Shown here: piece by piece, positions 1 through 10,868 of the stretch
Position numbering within the stretch: position 1 is the first letter of the stretch
Layout of the letters: every line of letters begins with the position of its first letter
Source of the DNA: Terriglobia bacterium
Lineage (GTDB): Bacteria; Acidobacteriota; Terriglobia; Terriglobales; Acidobacteriaceae
Reading direction: 5' to 3'
NCBI GenBank assembly: GCA_020073645.1
Contig: JAIQET010000020.1
Span: 457 to 64,456, forward strand
Length of the DNA stretch: 64,000 bases
Program-made: the position numbers and the translations under genes
The notes under the pieces: generated by a model
Told to the model about the DNA's origin: nothing
The model's input: only the letters and a program-made list of their open reading frames with translations
Database searches by the model: none

Positions 1-1278
<1,278 letters not shown>

Positions 1279-1359
1279 ATTTCTTTTCTCGCGGGCCCGA
1301 TACAGGTTTGCGGCGAGAACCAGTTTGCATTTGCCTCTTCGATCAGCCCGGGCCTGCTG

Positions 1360-3510
1360 CTAAGCCTTGTGGCTCTGCACCAGCGCCTGAAACCGCGGAT
1401 GGGAGCGGAGTGCGGCCAGGTCGGGGTCATGCTCCATCCACTCGCGTTGTCCCCAGCCATGAGTCAGTGACTTCTCCAAGCAGTCGATGGCTCTTTCGGC
1501 TTCGCCCAACAGGGCATACACGCAAGCTACGTTGTAAAGCACCTGTGGTTCTTCCCCTTCCAGGGCCAGAGCCCGCTCGGCCCACTCCATGCTGCGTTGC
1601 TTTTCATTCAACTGGGACAGGGCATTGGCTCCGAAGTACAAGGCGCGGGAATCGCCCGGATGCAATTCCAGGTGTTTCTGGGCGGCTGCCAGCCCACGGC
1701 GATAGGCGGCTGCAGCTTCTTCCTGCCGGCCCAAACCGTGCAAGGCGCTGGCCATGAGCATGGGCGCCTGGTAATCCTCGGGATTCACGCGGCTGGCTTG
1801 TTCGAACCACTCGACCGCCTCTTGCAGGTTGCCCTGCGCATAGCAATTCCGGGCATAGAAGTAATAGGGTTCGAATAGTCGTGGCTGGAGCCGCATGGCA
1901 ATGCGGAACTCCTGCCCCGCTTCTTCATACTGCTTCTTCAAAGAAGCGGTGAGGCCGCGTGAGGCGTGGGCTTCGGCCAGGTCGGGATCGAGTTCCAAGG
2001 CCTTGCGACTGGCTTCGTCCGCTGTTTGCAAGTTGGCGGAGCTGGAGTCCCAGTAGAAGTACAGGAATGCGGAGCAATCGGCGATGCCGGCATAGGCCCG
2101 CGCGTAGGCCGGATCAATCTCGATCGCCTTGACGAACATCTGCCGGGCAAAATCGAAACCCTTACGCCGGAACTGGTGGAAGAACTGGCGGCCGCGCAAA
2201 TAATAGTCATAAGCCTGGACATCGGCGGTGGGGATCTTCTCAATGGCACGTTTTTCGGTGTCGGTCAGCACTACCTGCAAGGCCTGCGCGATGTTCTTGG
2301 CAATCTCATCCTGAATGGCAAACACGTCTTGCATCTGCCGATCGTACTTTTCCGCCCACACACAGTGACCGGTGCGTGTGTCCACCAGCTTCGCGGTGAT
2401 TCGCAGCCGGTCGGCTTCGCGGCGGATGCTGCCCTCCAGGATGTGCCGCACCTTCAATTGCTGAGCGACTTGGGAGGCCGAAAACGGCTTGCCGCGGAAG
2501 GCCAGCACGGCCGAGCGGGAGAATACGCGCAGGTCCTTGATTCGTGACAGCTCGGTGGTGATGTCTTCCGTAATTCCATCACGAAAGTATTCGTCGTCCT
2601 TCTGGCCACTCAGATTGTCGAAATAGAGCACAGCGATCGACTTGTCGGATTGCGTAGCACCACGCCGAAAATCCGCCAACAATTCGACGCAGGACTGATA
2701 GCGATGTCCCGGTTCCTTTTCCAGGCATTTCAGGATGATGTGTTCCAGTTCCGGAGAGAGTTCAGGACGCACGCGCCCCGGGGGTAGTGGAAATTTGTGC
2801 AGGATTGCGTCCGCGAGAGTTGTGCTCAGGGTGGTTTCGAATGGGCGGCGACCCGTGGCCATCTCGTACAGCACCATGCCGACCGAATAAATATCGCTGC
2901 GAGGGTCAACCGCCTCGCCGCGTAATTGCTCTGGAGCCATGTAGGCCAAGGTGCCGGAAAGCGTGTTCGTGCCGATCGCGCTTGCCGTCACAGTGGCATC
3001 TGCGGTCCGCGCGACCGAACTGGCCAGCCCGAAATCGAGGATTTTTAGACGCCCATCGGGCATCACTCGCAGGTTGCCCGGCTTCAGATCGCGGTGGACA
3101 ATGCCCAGGCCGTGCGCGGCTGCCAGCCCTTCGGCCAGTTGCGTGCCCAATCGCAGAATCTCCGGTTCCGGCAGTGGCCCAGAGGCTAATGCTTCGCTGA
3201 GGGCGACGCCAGGCACGTACTCGGTGACCAGGAAATCGGTCTGTCCCTGGGTGTCGAAGTCATGGACGGTAGCGATGCTGGGATGGTTTAGCCGGGAAAG
3301 AGCGCGTGCTTCCTGGTGGAAGCGATGGCGAGAAGCCTCGTCTGACAGTGCTCCTTCGGGAAGGAGTTTGATAGCGACCTCGCGGTCGAGGTGCTCATCG
3401 CGGGCGCGATAGACTTCGCCCATGCCACCCGCACCGATCTTTTCCAGGATGCGGTAGTGACCCAGGCGCTCGCCTACCAGCTGCCTCTCGGCAACGCCTT
3501 GCTGGTTCAC
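1360..3510 (-). CDS. Ser/Thr protein kinase fused to a TolB-N-like module and C-terminal TPR repeats
   Basis: GTG start with AAGGAG about 8 nt upstream. Hanks kinase motifs are present: GAGGMGEVY, VAIK, HRDLKPGN, DFG and APE. The C-terminal half is TPR-like. Confidence 0.9.
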   Translation of the reverse strand: MNQQGVAERQLVGERLGHYRILEKIGAGGMGEVYRARDEHLDREVAIKLLPEGALSDEASRHRFHQEARALSRLNHPSIATVHDFDTQGQTDFLVTEYVPGVALSEALASGPLPEPEILRLGTQLAEGLAAAHGLGIVHRDLKPGNLRVMPDGRLKILDFGLASSVARTADATVTASAIGTNTLSGTLAYMAPEQLRGEAVDPRSDIYSVGMVLYEMATGRRPFETTLSTTLADAILHKFPLPPGRVRPELSPELEHIILKCLEKEPGHRYQSCVELLADFRRGATQSDKSIAVLYFDNLSGQKDDEYFRDGITEDITTELSRIKDLRVFSRSAVLAFRGKPFSASQVAQQLKVRHILEGSIRREADRLRITAKLVDTRTGHCVWAEKYDRQMQDVFAIQDEIAKNIAQALQVVLTDTEKRAIEKIPTADVQAYDYYLRGRQFFHQFRRKGFDFARQMFVKAIEIDPAYARAYAGIADCSAFLYFYWDSSSANLQTADEASRKALELDPDLAEAHASRGLTASLKKQYEEAGQEFRIAMRLQPRLFEPYYFYARNCYAQGNLQEAVEWFEQASRVNPEDYQAPMLMASALHGLGRQEEAAAAYRRGLAAAQKHLELHPGDSRALYFGANALSQLNEKQRSMEWAERALALEGEEPQVLYNVACVYALLGEAERAIDCLEKSLTHGWGQREWMEHDPDLAALRSHPRFQALVQSHKA

Positions 3511-3606
3511 GGGGAAGACTCCTTCCCCTCACCCCCTGGAGGTCATCTTAGGTCCGACCCCGGGTGGCGTCAAAGGCATAGGTCACAGACCGGGGTGCAC
3601 TCGCGG

Positions 3607-4014
3607 TTAGGGTTTCTTGAAGGCCTGCGCCACCGGCTCCTGGAAGAGATAGAAGACAATCATCACCCGCAGAATCACGCCCAGCGCGCCCCAGGCCAGC
3701 CTGCCCATCTGAAAACCAGCTACGCTGCTGGACACGCTGGGAACCAGCAGGATGACCCCGAGCATGGCAATGATGATGGCGATCCAGCGCGCCCAGTTGT
3801 TCAGGCGCAAGAGGCCCAGACCAACGGCTGTTCCGGCCGCACCCGCCAGCAGGAACATGTAGGGGCCGGCGACTTCGAGGCCTCCGAGCAGAGGGGCTCC
3901 GGCGGTGAGGGAGATGGTGCCGGGGCGGAGCAGCATGATTATCCCCACGCCAAGAAAATAGGTAGCCGCGAGGAGGAAGGCGGCGGCGATGAGTTTGACT
4001 CCGGTGGGAATCAT
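3607..4014 (-). CDS. small integral membrane protein, unknown function
   Basis: 135-aa ORF with an ATG start and about four hydrophobic helices. It does not overlap any recognised gene. Confidence 0.55.
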   Translation of the reverse strand: MIPTGVKLIAAAFLLAATYFLGVGIIMLLRPGTISLTAGAPLLGGLEVAGPYMFLLAGAAGTAVGLGLLRLNNWARWIAIIIAMLGVILLVPSVSSSVAGFQMGRLAWGALGVILRVMIVFYLFQEPVAQAFKKP

Positions 4015-4071
4015 GCTGAACAGGATACGGCAGCGGTTCCCGCAAGGAGAAAGAGTTGGTGGTGCGTGGGC

Positions 4072-4125
4072 TGGGGGCGGGACGCCCCCAGGACAGCCGG
4101 TGAGACGCCGGCGCTACGGCGTCTT
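4072..4125. repeat. GC-rich tandem-hairpin REP-like element, family A copy 1
   Basis: Two hairpins: TGGGGGCG-GGA-CGCCCCCA, then GCCGGTG-AGA-CGCCGGC, followed by GCTACGG. About 90% identical to 52333-52383, with a compensatory T-A to C-G stem change. Confidence 0.8.
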
Positions 4126-5574
4126 CTCCACCGCCACCGTGGTCACCACGTCATACAGAATCCGGAACCCGCGCCGCACTTCTTCCACTCGGATGCGCTC
4201 GTCATTGCCGTGTTCGGTATTGCCTTCATCCTCGGTGGCGGTGTAGGGCGAAAAGCCGTAGGCCTCAATCCCCAGCGGGCGATAGCGCTGGTTCTCGGTG
4301 TAGCCGCTGGTCAGGCGGGGAACCACCGGGGTTCCGGGGAAGTAGTGGTCGGCTACCTGGCGGATCGCGCTGTACAACTCCGTGTCAGTGGGTGACGAAT
4401 TGGCCACACGAAATTCTGAGAGCTCCGGCTCGACGGTAACGTTGGGATCATTCACCACGCGGCGGATGGCTTCCAGGAACTCTTTGGGATTTGCCCCGGG
4501 CAGCAGGCGGACATCAAGGTTGGCCCAGGCTTCCGGAGGGATGACGTTGGTCTGCTGGGAGCCGCCCAACATGGACAGGGAGATGGTATCGCGCAGCAAA
4601 AAGTTCAGCGAGTCGTCGCGCTCTACCTCCTCCTGGAAATTCTTGTCCCGCAAAGCTTCCCGGATATTGCGAAATTGTTTGGCCCGCGCTGGCGACTCGT
4701 AGGCCGCCATGTCACGGAAATATTCCTCGACCACGGGCAACAGCCGCAACGGCGACTGGTAGGCGAGAATGCGGTTGAGCGCCTGCACCAGCCGGTTGGG
4801 GGCGGAGTCGTCAATGGGGCGGGAGGCATGTCCCGGACGGCCGTGCGCCACTATGTGCAGCCAGAAAGGCGTCTTCTCGCCGACATCCACGCCGACGTAC
4901 TTCACGTGCGAGCCCTCGAGCAGGTTCTCTCCGCCTTCGTTAATCAGGAACGCGGCGTTTCCCAGCAGCTCACGCTGGTGGGCGATGAACCAATCCGTCC
5001 CGGTGCCGTCGGCCTCCTCGTCGCTCACTGCGAGAAAAATCACATCGCGATTGAGCGCCACCTTCTCCCGCTTCAGCATCACCATGACAACCAGTTGCGC
5101 CAAGCCCTCGCTCTTCATGTCCTGGGCGCCGCGGCCGTAAATGGAGTCGCCAACAATGGCTCCGCTGAACGGCGGGACCTTCCAGTGGGAGGGATCGCTG
5201 GTGACTACGTCCATGTGGTTGAGCAGGATGATGGGGCGCTGGGCTTCCGCGGCGGTGTGAGGGAGCCGGGCCCACAGGTCAGCGCGTCCCGGAGCGTAGT
5301 CGAAAACGCGGTTTTCAATTCCTTCGTCGTCGAGAATTTTCTTGAAGAAAGCGGCGGAGCGCGCCTCGTTGCCCGGCGGATTGGTGGTATCAATGCGCAG
5401 GTACTCCTGGTCCCATTGCAGGGCGAGGTCGGAATACTGCTGCAGGCGATCCGCGGAAATGCTGGCGGAGGCAAGCGCTGGTTTCGACTGGGCCCGGGCT
5501 GGAGACCAAATGAGTGCGGAGAGAACCACCAACCACAGGACACCACGGCAACCACGTCCGTCTTGTCTGGGCAT
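4114..5574 (-). CDS. secreted M20-family metallopeptidase (dipeptidase/carboxypeptidase type)
   Basis: Signal peptide ending ARAQS. M20 motifs NHMDVV, GRGAQDMKS and SDEEADG. The last 4 codons and the stop lie in repeat family A copy 1. Confidence 0.85.
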   Translation of the reverse strand: MPRQDGRGCRGVLWLVVLSALIWSPARAQSKPALASASISADRLQQYSDLALQWDQEYLRIDTTNPPGNEARSAAFFKKILDDEGIENRVFDYAPGRADLWARLPHTAAEAQRPIILLNHMDVVTSDPSHWKVPPFSGAIVGDSIYGRGAQDMKSEGLAQLVVMVMLKREKVALNRDVIFLAVSDEEADGTGTDWFIAHQRELLGNAAFLINEGGENLLEGSHVKYVGVDVGEKTPFWLHIVAHGRPGHASRPIDDSAPNRLVQALNRILAYQSPLRLLPVVEEYFRDMAAYESPARAKQFRNIREALRDKNFQEEVERDDSLNFLLRDTISLSMLGGSQQTNVIPPEAWANLDVRLLPGANPKEFLEAIRRVVNDPNVTVEPELSEFRVANSSPTDTELYSAIRQVADHYFPGTPVVPRLTSGYTENQRYRPLGIEAYGFSPYTATEDEGNTEHGNDERIRVEEVRRGFRILYDVVTTVAVEKTP

Positions 5575-5939
5575 CCCACCTCCCGGGTTTACTGCCTCGG
5601 CACGCCGAACTTTTTATATCAGGTTTTGCCAAAATTACCCTCAGCATGGATTTTGTACCCCCACCGGGCTGGGCAGGGGGCTACAATGTTGTTGCATCCC
5701 AAGGGCTTAACTTTGCGGCAGTTTGGCATCTGACCTGTTATAGACAGGATGGGTGGCGGTTTCGCTGGCCACCGACTGGTTCTGAGCTCTTCGCCTTACA
5801 CCGTGTCAGTGTGAGGCCGCACGGCCCGAAGGGTTTTGCTTTTCGTTCACCCGTAGGGGACGCAATCAAATCACGCAACACGCCCGCAAGGCGGGCGGAG
5901 TGGAGCCCCCAAGTGCTCCACCACTCGGAGGAAGTTGAA

Positions 5940-6839
5940 ATGAAGAATCGCTTATTCGTAGCGCTGCTGCTGGCCGTTGTTCTCGCTGTGCCGGCCTTGG
6001 CGCAGCAAACCGGCTCGACCACGCAGGATCAATCGGCCCAACCTGCCGCAAGCCAGCCCGCGACCTCGGCTGACCAGGGTGCGACCGCCCAGAGCGCCAC
6101 CGGCAAGCCTCTGCAACCGCCCGCTCGGGAAGGTTTCTGGGGCCGCGTCAATCCTTTCGCTCGCAAGAAGTATGTGCAGCGGCAGACCCAGCCCATCCGC
6201 GACCGTCTGAACGAACTGGATGAGCTGACCGCGTCCAACAGCAAAATGATCAAGGACGTGGATGCGCGCGCGCAGCAAGGTATCCAACTGGCATCGGCCA
6301 AGGCAAATGAAGCCGACCAGCATGCGATCGACGCCGGCAACAAGGCCCAGATGGCGCAGCAGACGGCCACGCAGGCCAACACCCGTCTCACCACGGTGGA
6401 ACAGGTGGTCGGCAATATCGATCAGTACAAGGCTTCCACCCAAACCGAGATCCGTTTCCGTCCCGGGCAGAGCGCGCTGAGCAAGAACGCCAAAGCCGCT
6501 CTGGACGAGATGGCGACCCCGCTGAAGAACCAGCGCGGTTACATCATCGAAGTGCAGGGCTTCTCGTCCGGCCGCGGCCAGACGGCGATTGCGACCTCGC
6601 AGAAGATGGCCGACTCGGTGGTGCGCTACCTGGTGCTCAACCATGACATCCCGGTCTACCGCATCTACGTGGTGGGCATGGGCAATGCTCCAACGCCGAA
6701 CGCCGAGGAAACCGGCAAGAAGCACGTCAGCGGCGGCCGCGTGGAAATCAGCCTGCTGAAGAACGATCTGGAGCAGCTGGCTTCTACCTCCAGCCCAGCC
6801 GCGCCGGCCAGCACGCAGCAGCAGGAACCACCGAAATAA
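5940..6839 (+). CDS. OmpA-family protein with signal peptide, Q/A-rich coiled-coil linker and C-terminal OmpA/peptidoglycan-binding domain
   Basis: Likely start is MKNRLFVALLLAVVLAVPALAQ, an internal ATG of the 441-aa ORF with GGAGGAAG upstream. The C-terminus reads like an OmpA_C domain (IRFRPGQSALS...GGRVEISLL). Confidence 0.8.
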   Translation: MKNRLFVALLLAVVLAVPALAQQTGSTTQDQSAQPAASQPATSADQGATAQSATGKPLQPPAREGFWGRVNPFARKKYVQRQTQPIRDRLNELDELTASNSKMIKDVDARAQQGIQLASAKANEADQHAIDAGNKAQMAQQTATQANTRLTTVEQVVGNIDQYKASTQTEIRFRPGQSALSKNAKAALDEMATPLKNQRGYIIEVQGFSSGRGQTAIATSQKMADSVVRYLVLNHDIPVYRIYVVGMGNAPTPNAEETGKKHVSGGRVEISLLKNDLEQLASTSSPAAPASTQQQEPPK

Positions 6840-6881
6840 GTTAGTAGGACGACGGGTAACCGCCCGCGCCCTCCCCCAGAG

Positions 6882-6915
6882 AGCCTCTTGTGCAAGCAAG
6901 AGGCTTTTCTGTTTT
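6882..6915 (+). terminator. Rho-independent terminator after the OmpA-family gene
   Basis: 9-bp stem AGCCTCTTG/CAAGAGGCT with a 6-nt loop, followed by TTTTCTGTTTT. Confidence 0.75.
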
Positions 6916-6982
6916 GACCGATCTGTCCTTGACCGAAACGTCCCGACCGTGGACTGGTTGCGCTGCAGGTGGGGTGGGGCAT

Positions 6983-7027
6983 GGCGTCCCGGTGGCCGGC
7001 GGGACGCCGGCGCTACGAAACCGCCGT
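6983..7027 (+). repeat. GC-rich hairpin REP-like element, family B copy 1, in the 5' leader of the permease gene
   Basis: GGCGTCCC...GGGACGCC and the perfect hairpin GCCGGCG-GGA-CGCCGGC, followed by GCTACG. A 26-nt stretch (GTGGCCGGCGGGACGCCGGCGCTACG) is identical to the reverse complement of 10836-10868. Confidence 0.8.
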
Positions 7028-7030
7028 ATA

Positions 7031-8359
7031 ATGGCCCACCCCGTGGCTGCCAGCACCTCCACCGCGACCAAGTCTGCCCTCCGCAAGGCCGGGCTCTTCT
7101 ACTTCGTCTGGGTGATGTTCTCCTACTGCACCGGCGGCCCATTTGGGCTGGAGGACATGGTCACGACCTCAGGCCCGGGAATGACCCTGATTTACCTGCT
7201 GGTGCTGCCCCTGTTCTGGTGTATCCCGGTATCACTGGTTTCGGCCGAGCTCACCACCGCCATGCCGGTCGAAGGGGGCTTCTATCGTTGGGCACGGGCG
7301 GGGTTCGGCGACTTCTGGGGATTTCTCGCGGGATGGTGGAACTGGTGTGCATCGTTCCTGCTGGGCGCGGCGTATGCCGTGCAGTTCTCCGATTATCTCG
7401 GCTTCTACATTCCCCAATTGACCGGCTGGAAGCACTACATTGTTTCCCTGGCGATCGTGGCGATCATCACCTGGATCAATGTGCGGGGTATTCAAGCAGT
7501 AGGGAAATTCGCCACCGCGCTGGAGATATTCATTCTGCTACCGGTGCTGGTGCTGAGCGTCATCGGGCTGGCACATTGGAAGCACAATCCATTCGTTCCG
7601 CTCGTTCCTCCGCACCAGCCACCGTTCAGCGTTTTCGGCGTGGGCCTGGCGCTGGGGCTCTGGCTCTACTCCGGCTACGAACAGCTCTCCACAGTGGCCG
7701 AGGAGGTGGAGAACCCGCAGCGCAGTTATCCGCTGGCGCTGGCCATCGTGGTTCCCATGTCCATCGCGGTCTACTTCCTGCCGACGCTGGCCTCGCTCGC
7801 GGCGCTGGGCAACTGGCAGAGCTGGCACACCCGCTATTTCTCGGACGCGGCGCAACTCGTCGGTGGTCCGTGGCTGGGCGTTTGGATGACGCTGGCCGCG
7901 ATGGTTACCAACATCGCGCTGCTGAACGGCACCATCCTGGCCTCTACCCGCATGCCCTTCGCCATGGCCGAAGATGGATACCTGCCCCACGCGCTCACCC
8001 AGAAGCACCCCCGGTATGGCACGCCTTGGATTGCGATCATCGCTTCGGCCGTGGTCTACGGGCTGCTGGCGAGGCAGAACCTGCTGCAGATCATCGTTGT
8101 GTACAACTGGCTGCGCATTGCAACCACAGTGCTGACCGTCCTGTCAGCTTGGAAGTTGCGCCGCAAGCATCCGGACATGAACCGCCCCTTCGTGATTCCG
8201 TGGCGCCGCAAAGGCCTGTACTATGCTGTGGCCGCGCCGCTCATCATGAGCGCGGTGGCGCTGCTGGGAAGCGATCGCTACGGGCTGATCTGGGGGCCGG
8301 TGGCGCTGGCGGCGGGACCGGCTGCGTATTGGGTGATTCGGCAGAAGATCAAAATCTGA
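7031..8359 (+). CDS. APC-superfamily amino acid/polyamine permease
   Basis: About 12 hydrophobic segments and an APC-like N-terminus (FYFVWVMFSYCTGGPFGLE). The start is taken at internal ATG 7031 because the upstream part of the ORF is the repeat element. Confidence 0.85.
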   Translation: MAHPVAASTSTATKSALRKAGLFYFVWVMFSYCTGGPFGLEDMVTTSGPGMTLIYLLVLPLFWCIPVSLVSAELTTAMPVEGGFYRWARAGFGDFWGFLAGWWNWCASFLLGAAYAVQFSDYLGFYIPQLTGWKHYIVSLAIVAIITWINVRGIQAVGKFATALEIFILLPVLVLSVIGLAHWKHNPFVPLVPPHQPPFSVFGVGLALGLWLYSGYEQLSTVAEEVENPQRSYPLALAIVVPMSIAVYFLPTLASLAALGNWQSWHTRYFSDAAQLVGGPWLGVWMTLAAMVTNIALLNGTILASTRMPFAMAEDGYLPHALTQKHPRYGTPWIAIIASAVVYGLLARQNLLQIIVVYNWLRIATTVLTVLSAWKLRRKHPDMNRPFVIPWRRKGLYYAVAAPLIMSAVALLGSDRYGLIWGPVALAAGPAAYWVIRQKIKI

Positions 8360-8360
8360 T

Positions 8361-9659
8361 TCAACTCACCCAGTCGAGGAACTTGTAATACATCCCCGCG
8401 AAAGGCAGGAACCAGGGCCTGCCGTTGTAGAGGCCAAGCGGCGCACCGGGGAAGGGAATGCCGATGAACGGGTTGTCGTCCTTTCCGCCCGCGATGAGTT
8501 CCGCCATCCTCTGTCCCTGCCAGGTGGCCATGGCTACGCCGTGGCCGGCGTAGCCCAGCGCGTAGTAGATGCCGTCCATCTGTCCCGCGTGGGGCATGAT
8601 GTCGAAGGCGAAGTCCAGCGTTCCGCCCCAGACGTAGTCCACTTTGGTCTCGCGCAACTGGGGGTACACGTCAATCATGCCGCGGCGCAGGATCTCCGCG
8701 CTCTCGCGAATGGAACTCTCGGTTTCCGGAAAGAATGCCGCACGTCCCCCGAAGAGCATGCGCCGGTCAGGCGTCAGCCGGTAGTAGTAGAGGTAGTTCT
8801 TGGAGTCATAGATCATGCGGTTGCGCGGGCTCAACTCGTGCGCCAGCGGCTCGGGGAGAACTTCGGTGGTGATGATGTACGAGCCGATGGGAATAATCTT
8901 TTTCCGCAGCGTCGGCGTGGCGGGGCCGGTGTAGCCGCTGGTCGCGACAAACACGTCGCGCGCCCATACGGCTCCGCGCGACGTGGTCAGACGCCAGCCC
9001 GGGGCTGCCTGGCGCAACTCACGCTCGATCTTCTCGACACGCGTGTTCTCGAACATCGGTGCTCCCGTGCGCTGCGCCGCTCGCGCCAATCCAGCCACGT
9101 ACTGCGCTGGATTTAGCCCAGCACTGACATCGTCCACCATGCCTCCGTAATAAATAGATGAACCGATCTCCGTCTCCAGTTCATGCCGAGGCACAATGCG
9201 CAACTGGTGATTGCACTCGCGGGCAATGACTTCGACCTGGCGGGCGTAGTCGTCGAAGTGCTTCTGCTTGTAGGCGACCTCGAGATGACCGCAGCGGGAA
9301 AAGTCGCAGTCAATATTTTCTTCGCGGGTAAGTTGCTCTACGCAGTCAATCGACGCCAGTGACGCGGCATACATTCTCTGCGTGCGCTCACGTCCATACA
9401 TCGAGATGAGCTTATTCACACCGAGCTTAAGCCCGGTGAGGACCATGCCACCGTTGCGCGAACTGGCGCCCCAGCCGATGCTCTCCGCCTCGAGCACGGC
9501 AACCTTCGCACCGCGTTGTGCCAGCATGCGCGCCGCTGAGAGTCCGGTGAAGCCCGCCCCGATCACCGCGACGTCGATGTTCTCGGGCAGAGGCTGTCCG
9601 GCGTCGGCCTTTGGCATCTCCACCGTGGTCAACCAGAAGTTTTGTTCCCGGATGCTCAT
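8361..9659 (-). CDS. FAD-dependent oxidoreductase, DAO family (gamma-glutamylputrescine oxidase-like)
   Basis: Rossmann motif VAVIGAGFTGLSAA near the N-terminus; DAO-family length and layout. Confidence 0.85.
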   Translation of the reverse strand: MSIREQNFWLTTVEMPKADAGQPLPENIDVAVIGAGFTGLSAARMLAQRGAKVAVLEAESIGWGASSRNGGMVLTGLKLGVNKLISMYGRERTQRMYAASLASIDCVEQLTREENIDCDFSRCGHLEVAYKQKHFDDYARQVEVIARECNHQLRIVPRHELETEIGSSIYYGGMVDDVSAGLNPAQYVAGLARAAQRTGAPMFENTRVEKIERELRQAAPGWRLTTSRGAVWARDVFVATSGYTGPATPTLRKKIIPIGSYIITTEVLPEPLAHELSPRNRMIYDSKNYLYYYRLTPDRRMLFGGRAAFFPETESSIRESAEILRRGMIDVYPQLRETKVDYVWGGTLDFAFDIMPHAGQMDGIYYALGYAGHGVAMATWQGQRMAELIAGGKDDNPFIGIPFPGAPLGLYNGRPWFLPFAGMYYKFLDWVS

Positions 9660-9677
9660 TTTTCTTTGATTGATCCT

Positions 9678-10832
9678 CTATAGCACAGCGGTCTCATGGA
9701 TCGTTCTGCCCTCGCCGAAGCGCGCCAGATCGAGCAGCTTCGCGTCGATCAACTCCGTCTTCCCCGTGAGAATCAAGTCCGACAGAATTTTTCCGGTCGC
9801 CGGCGCGTGCATGACGCCGTGGCCGCTGAATCCGTTGGCCAGAAAGAATCCCGGCACGCCCGGCGCCTCGCCCAGAATCGGATGATGGTCCGGGGTCATC
9901 TCGTACAGCCCAGCCCAGGCCCGCTTCGGGTTCACCGCCAGGTTCTCAAACACCGGCACCCGGTCGGCTGCGCGGGTCAGGATTTTCTCGATAAATGAAG
10001 GCTCGAAATCCGTCTTGTATCCCGGCGTCTCTTCCGGATCGTTCCAGGCCAGCAGAAATCCCAGTGCTTCCGGCCGGAAGTGAAAGCCACTCGACATATC
10101 AATGATCATCGGCGCGGAGTGCGGGAATTGGTCGAACGGCTCGGTGGGCACCAGCATTCGCCGCAGTGGCTCGACCGGGAGATCAATGCCAACCATCTTT
10201 GCGATCGACGCCGCCCAGGCTCCCGCCGCGTTGATCACATGCTTGGTGGACACCTTTCCTCTTGTCGTTTCCACAACAAACGTCCCGTGATCCTGCTGAA
10301 TGGCCGAGACCAGCGTGTTCTTCCACAACTTGGCCCCGTGGTTGGCGGCCCAGGTCATGAAGCCGATCATGGCGCTGTAAGGATCGACAAAACCATCAGT
10401 CGAGCAGAAACTTCCGCCCAAAATGTCATCTGCACGCAACTGGGGAAACATCCTGCGGATCTCGTCGCCACTCACCATGCGGACGTTCTTCAATCCCAGC
10501 GCAATTTGTTTCTCCTGGTTGGCACGGAGATAGGCCAGATGCTTGTCGCTGGTCGCGCAGAACAGGTACCCCTGGGGCCGGTAGTCGCAGGGGTATCCCA
10601 GACGCTTCTCGAACGACGCATAGAAGGGGATTGAGTAGAGCGACATCTGGATATTCACCGGCGTCGAGAATTGCGCCCGGACGCCGCCCATGCTCTTGCC
10701 TGTGGATCCTTTGCCCTGCGCCGACTCCCGCTCGAGGACCAGAACGTCTTTGCAGCCCGCCGCGGTCAAGTGGTAAGCGATGCTCGACCCGACAATTCCT
10801 CCGCCAACGATGACGACTTCTGCTGTCTGCAT
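9678..10832 (-). CDS. FAD-dependent oxidoreductase, DAO family (sarcosine-oxidase beta-subunit-like)
   Basis: Start taken at MQTAEVVIVGGGIVGSSIAYHL (ATG 10832). The upstream 58 codons of the ORF are translated repeat sequence. Confidence 0.85.
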   Translation of the reverse strand: MQTAEVVIVGGGIVGSSIAYHLTAAGCKDVLVLERESAQGKGSTGKSMGGVRAQFSTPVNIQMSLYSIPFYASFEKRLGYPCDYRPQGYLFCATSDKHLAYLRANQEKQIALGLKNVRMVSGDEIRRMFPQLRADDILGGSFCSTDGFVDPYSAMIGFMTWAANHGAKLWKNTLVSAIQQDHGTFVVETTRGKVSTKHVINAAGAWAASIAKMVGIDLPVEPLRRMLVPTEPFDQFPHSAPMIIDMSSGFHFRPEALGFLLAWNDPEETPGYKTDFEPSFIEKILTRAADRVPVFENLAVNPKRAWAGLYEMTPDHHPILGEAPGVPGFFLANGFSGHGVMHAPATGKILSDLILTGKTELIDAKLLDLARFGEGRTIHETAVL

Positions 10833-10835
10833 GAA

Positions 10836-10868
10836 TCCGCCGTAGCGCCGGCGTCCCGCCGGCCACAG
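10836..10868 (-). repeat. GC-rich hairpin REP-like element, family B copy 2, in the 5' leader of the oxidoreductase operon
   Basis: The reverse complement reads CCTGTGGCCGGCGGGACGCCGGCGCTACGGCGG. The hairpin ends 14 nt before ATG 10832. Confidence 0.8.

Noticed and set aside
5952-7142. 396-aa ORF antisense to the OmpA-family gene
   Set aside because: It is extremely Arg/Gly/Leu-rich, as expected for an antisense frame in high-GC DNA. It overlaps a gene with a clear signal peptide and OmpA domain, and no motif was recognised.
6949-8388. 479-aa ORF in an alternative frame of the APC permease gene
   Set aside because: It has Arg/Gly/Pro-rich composition and no hydrophobic helices. The overlapping frame encodes a convincing 12-TM permease.
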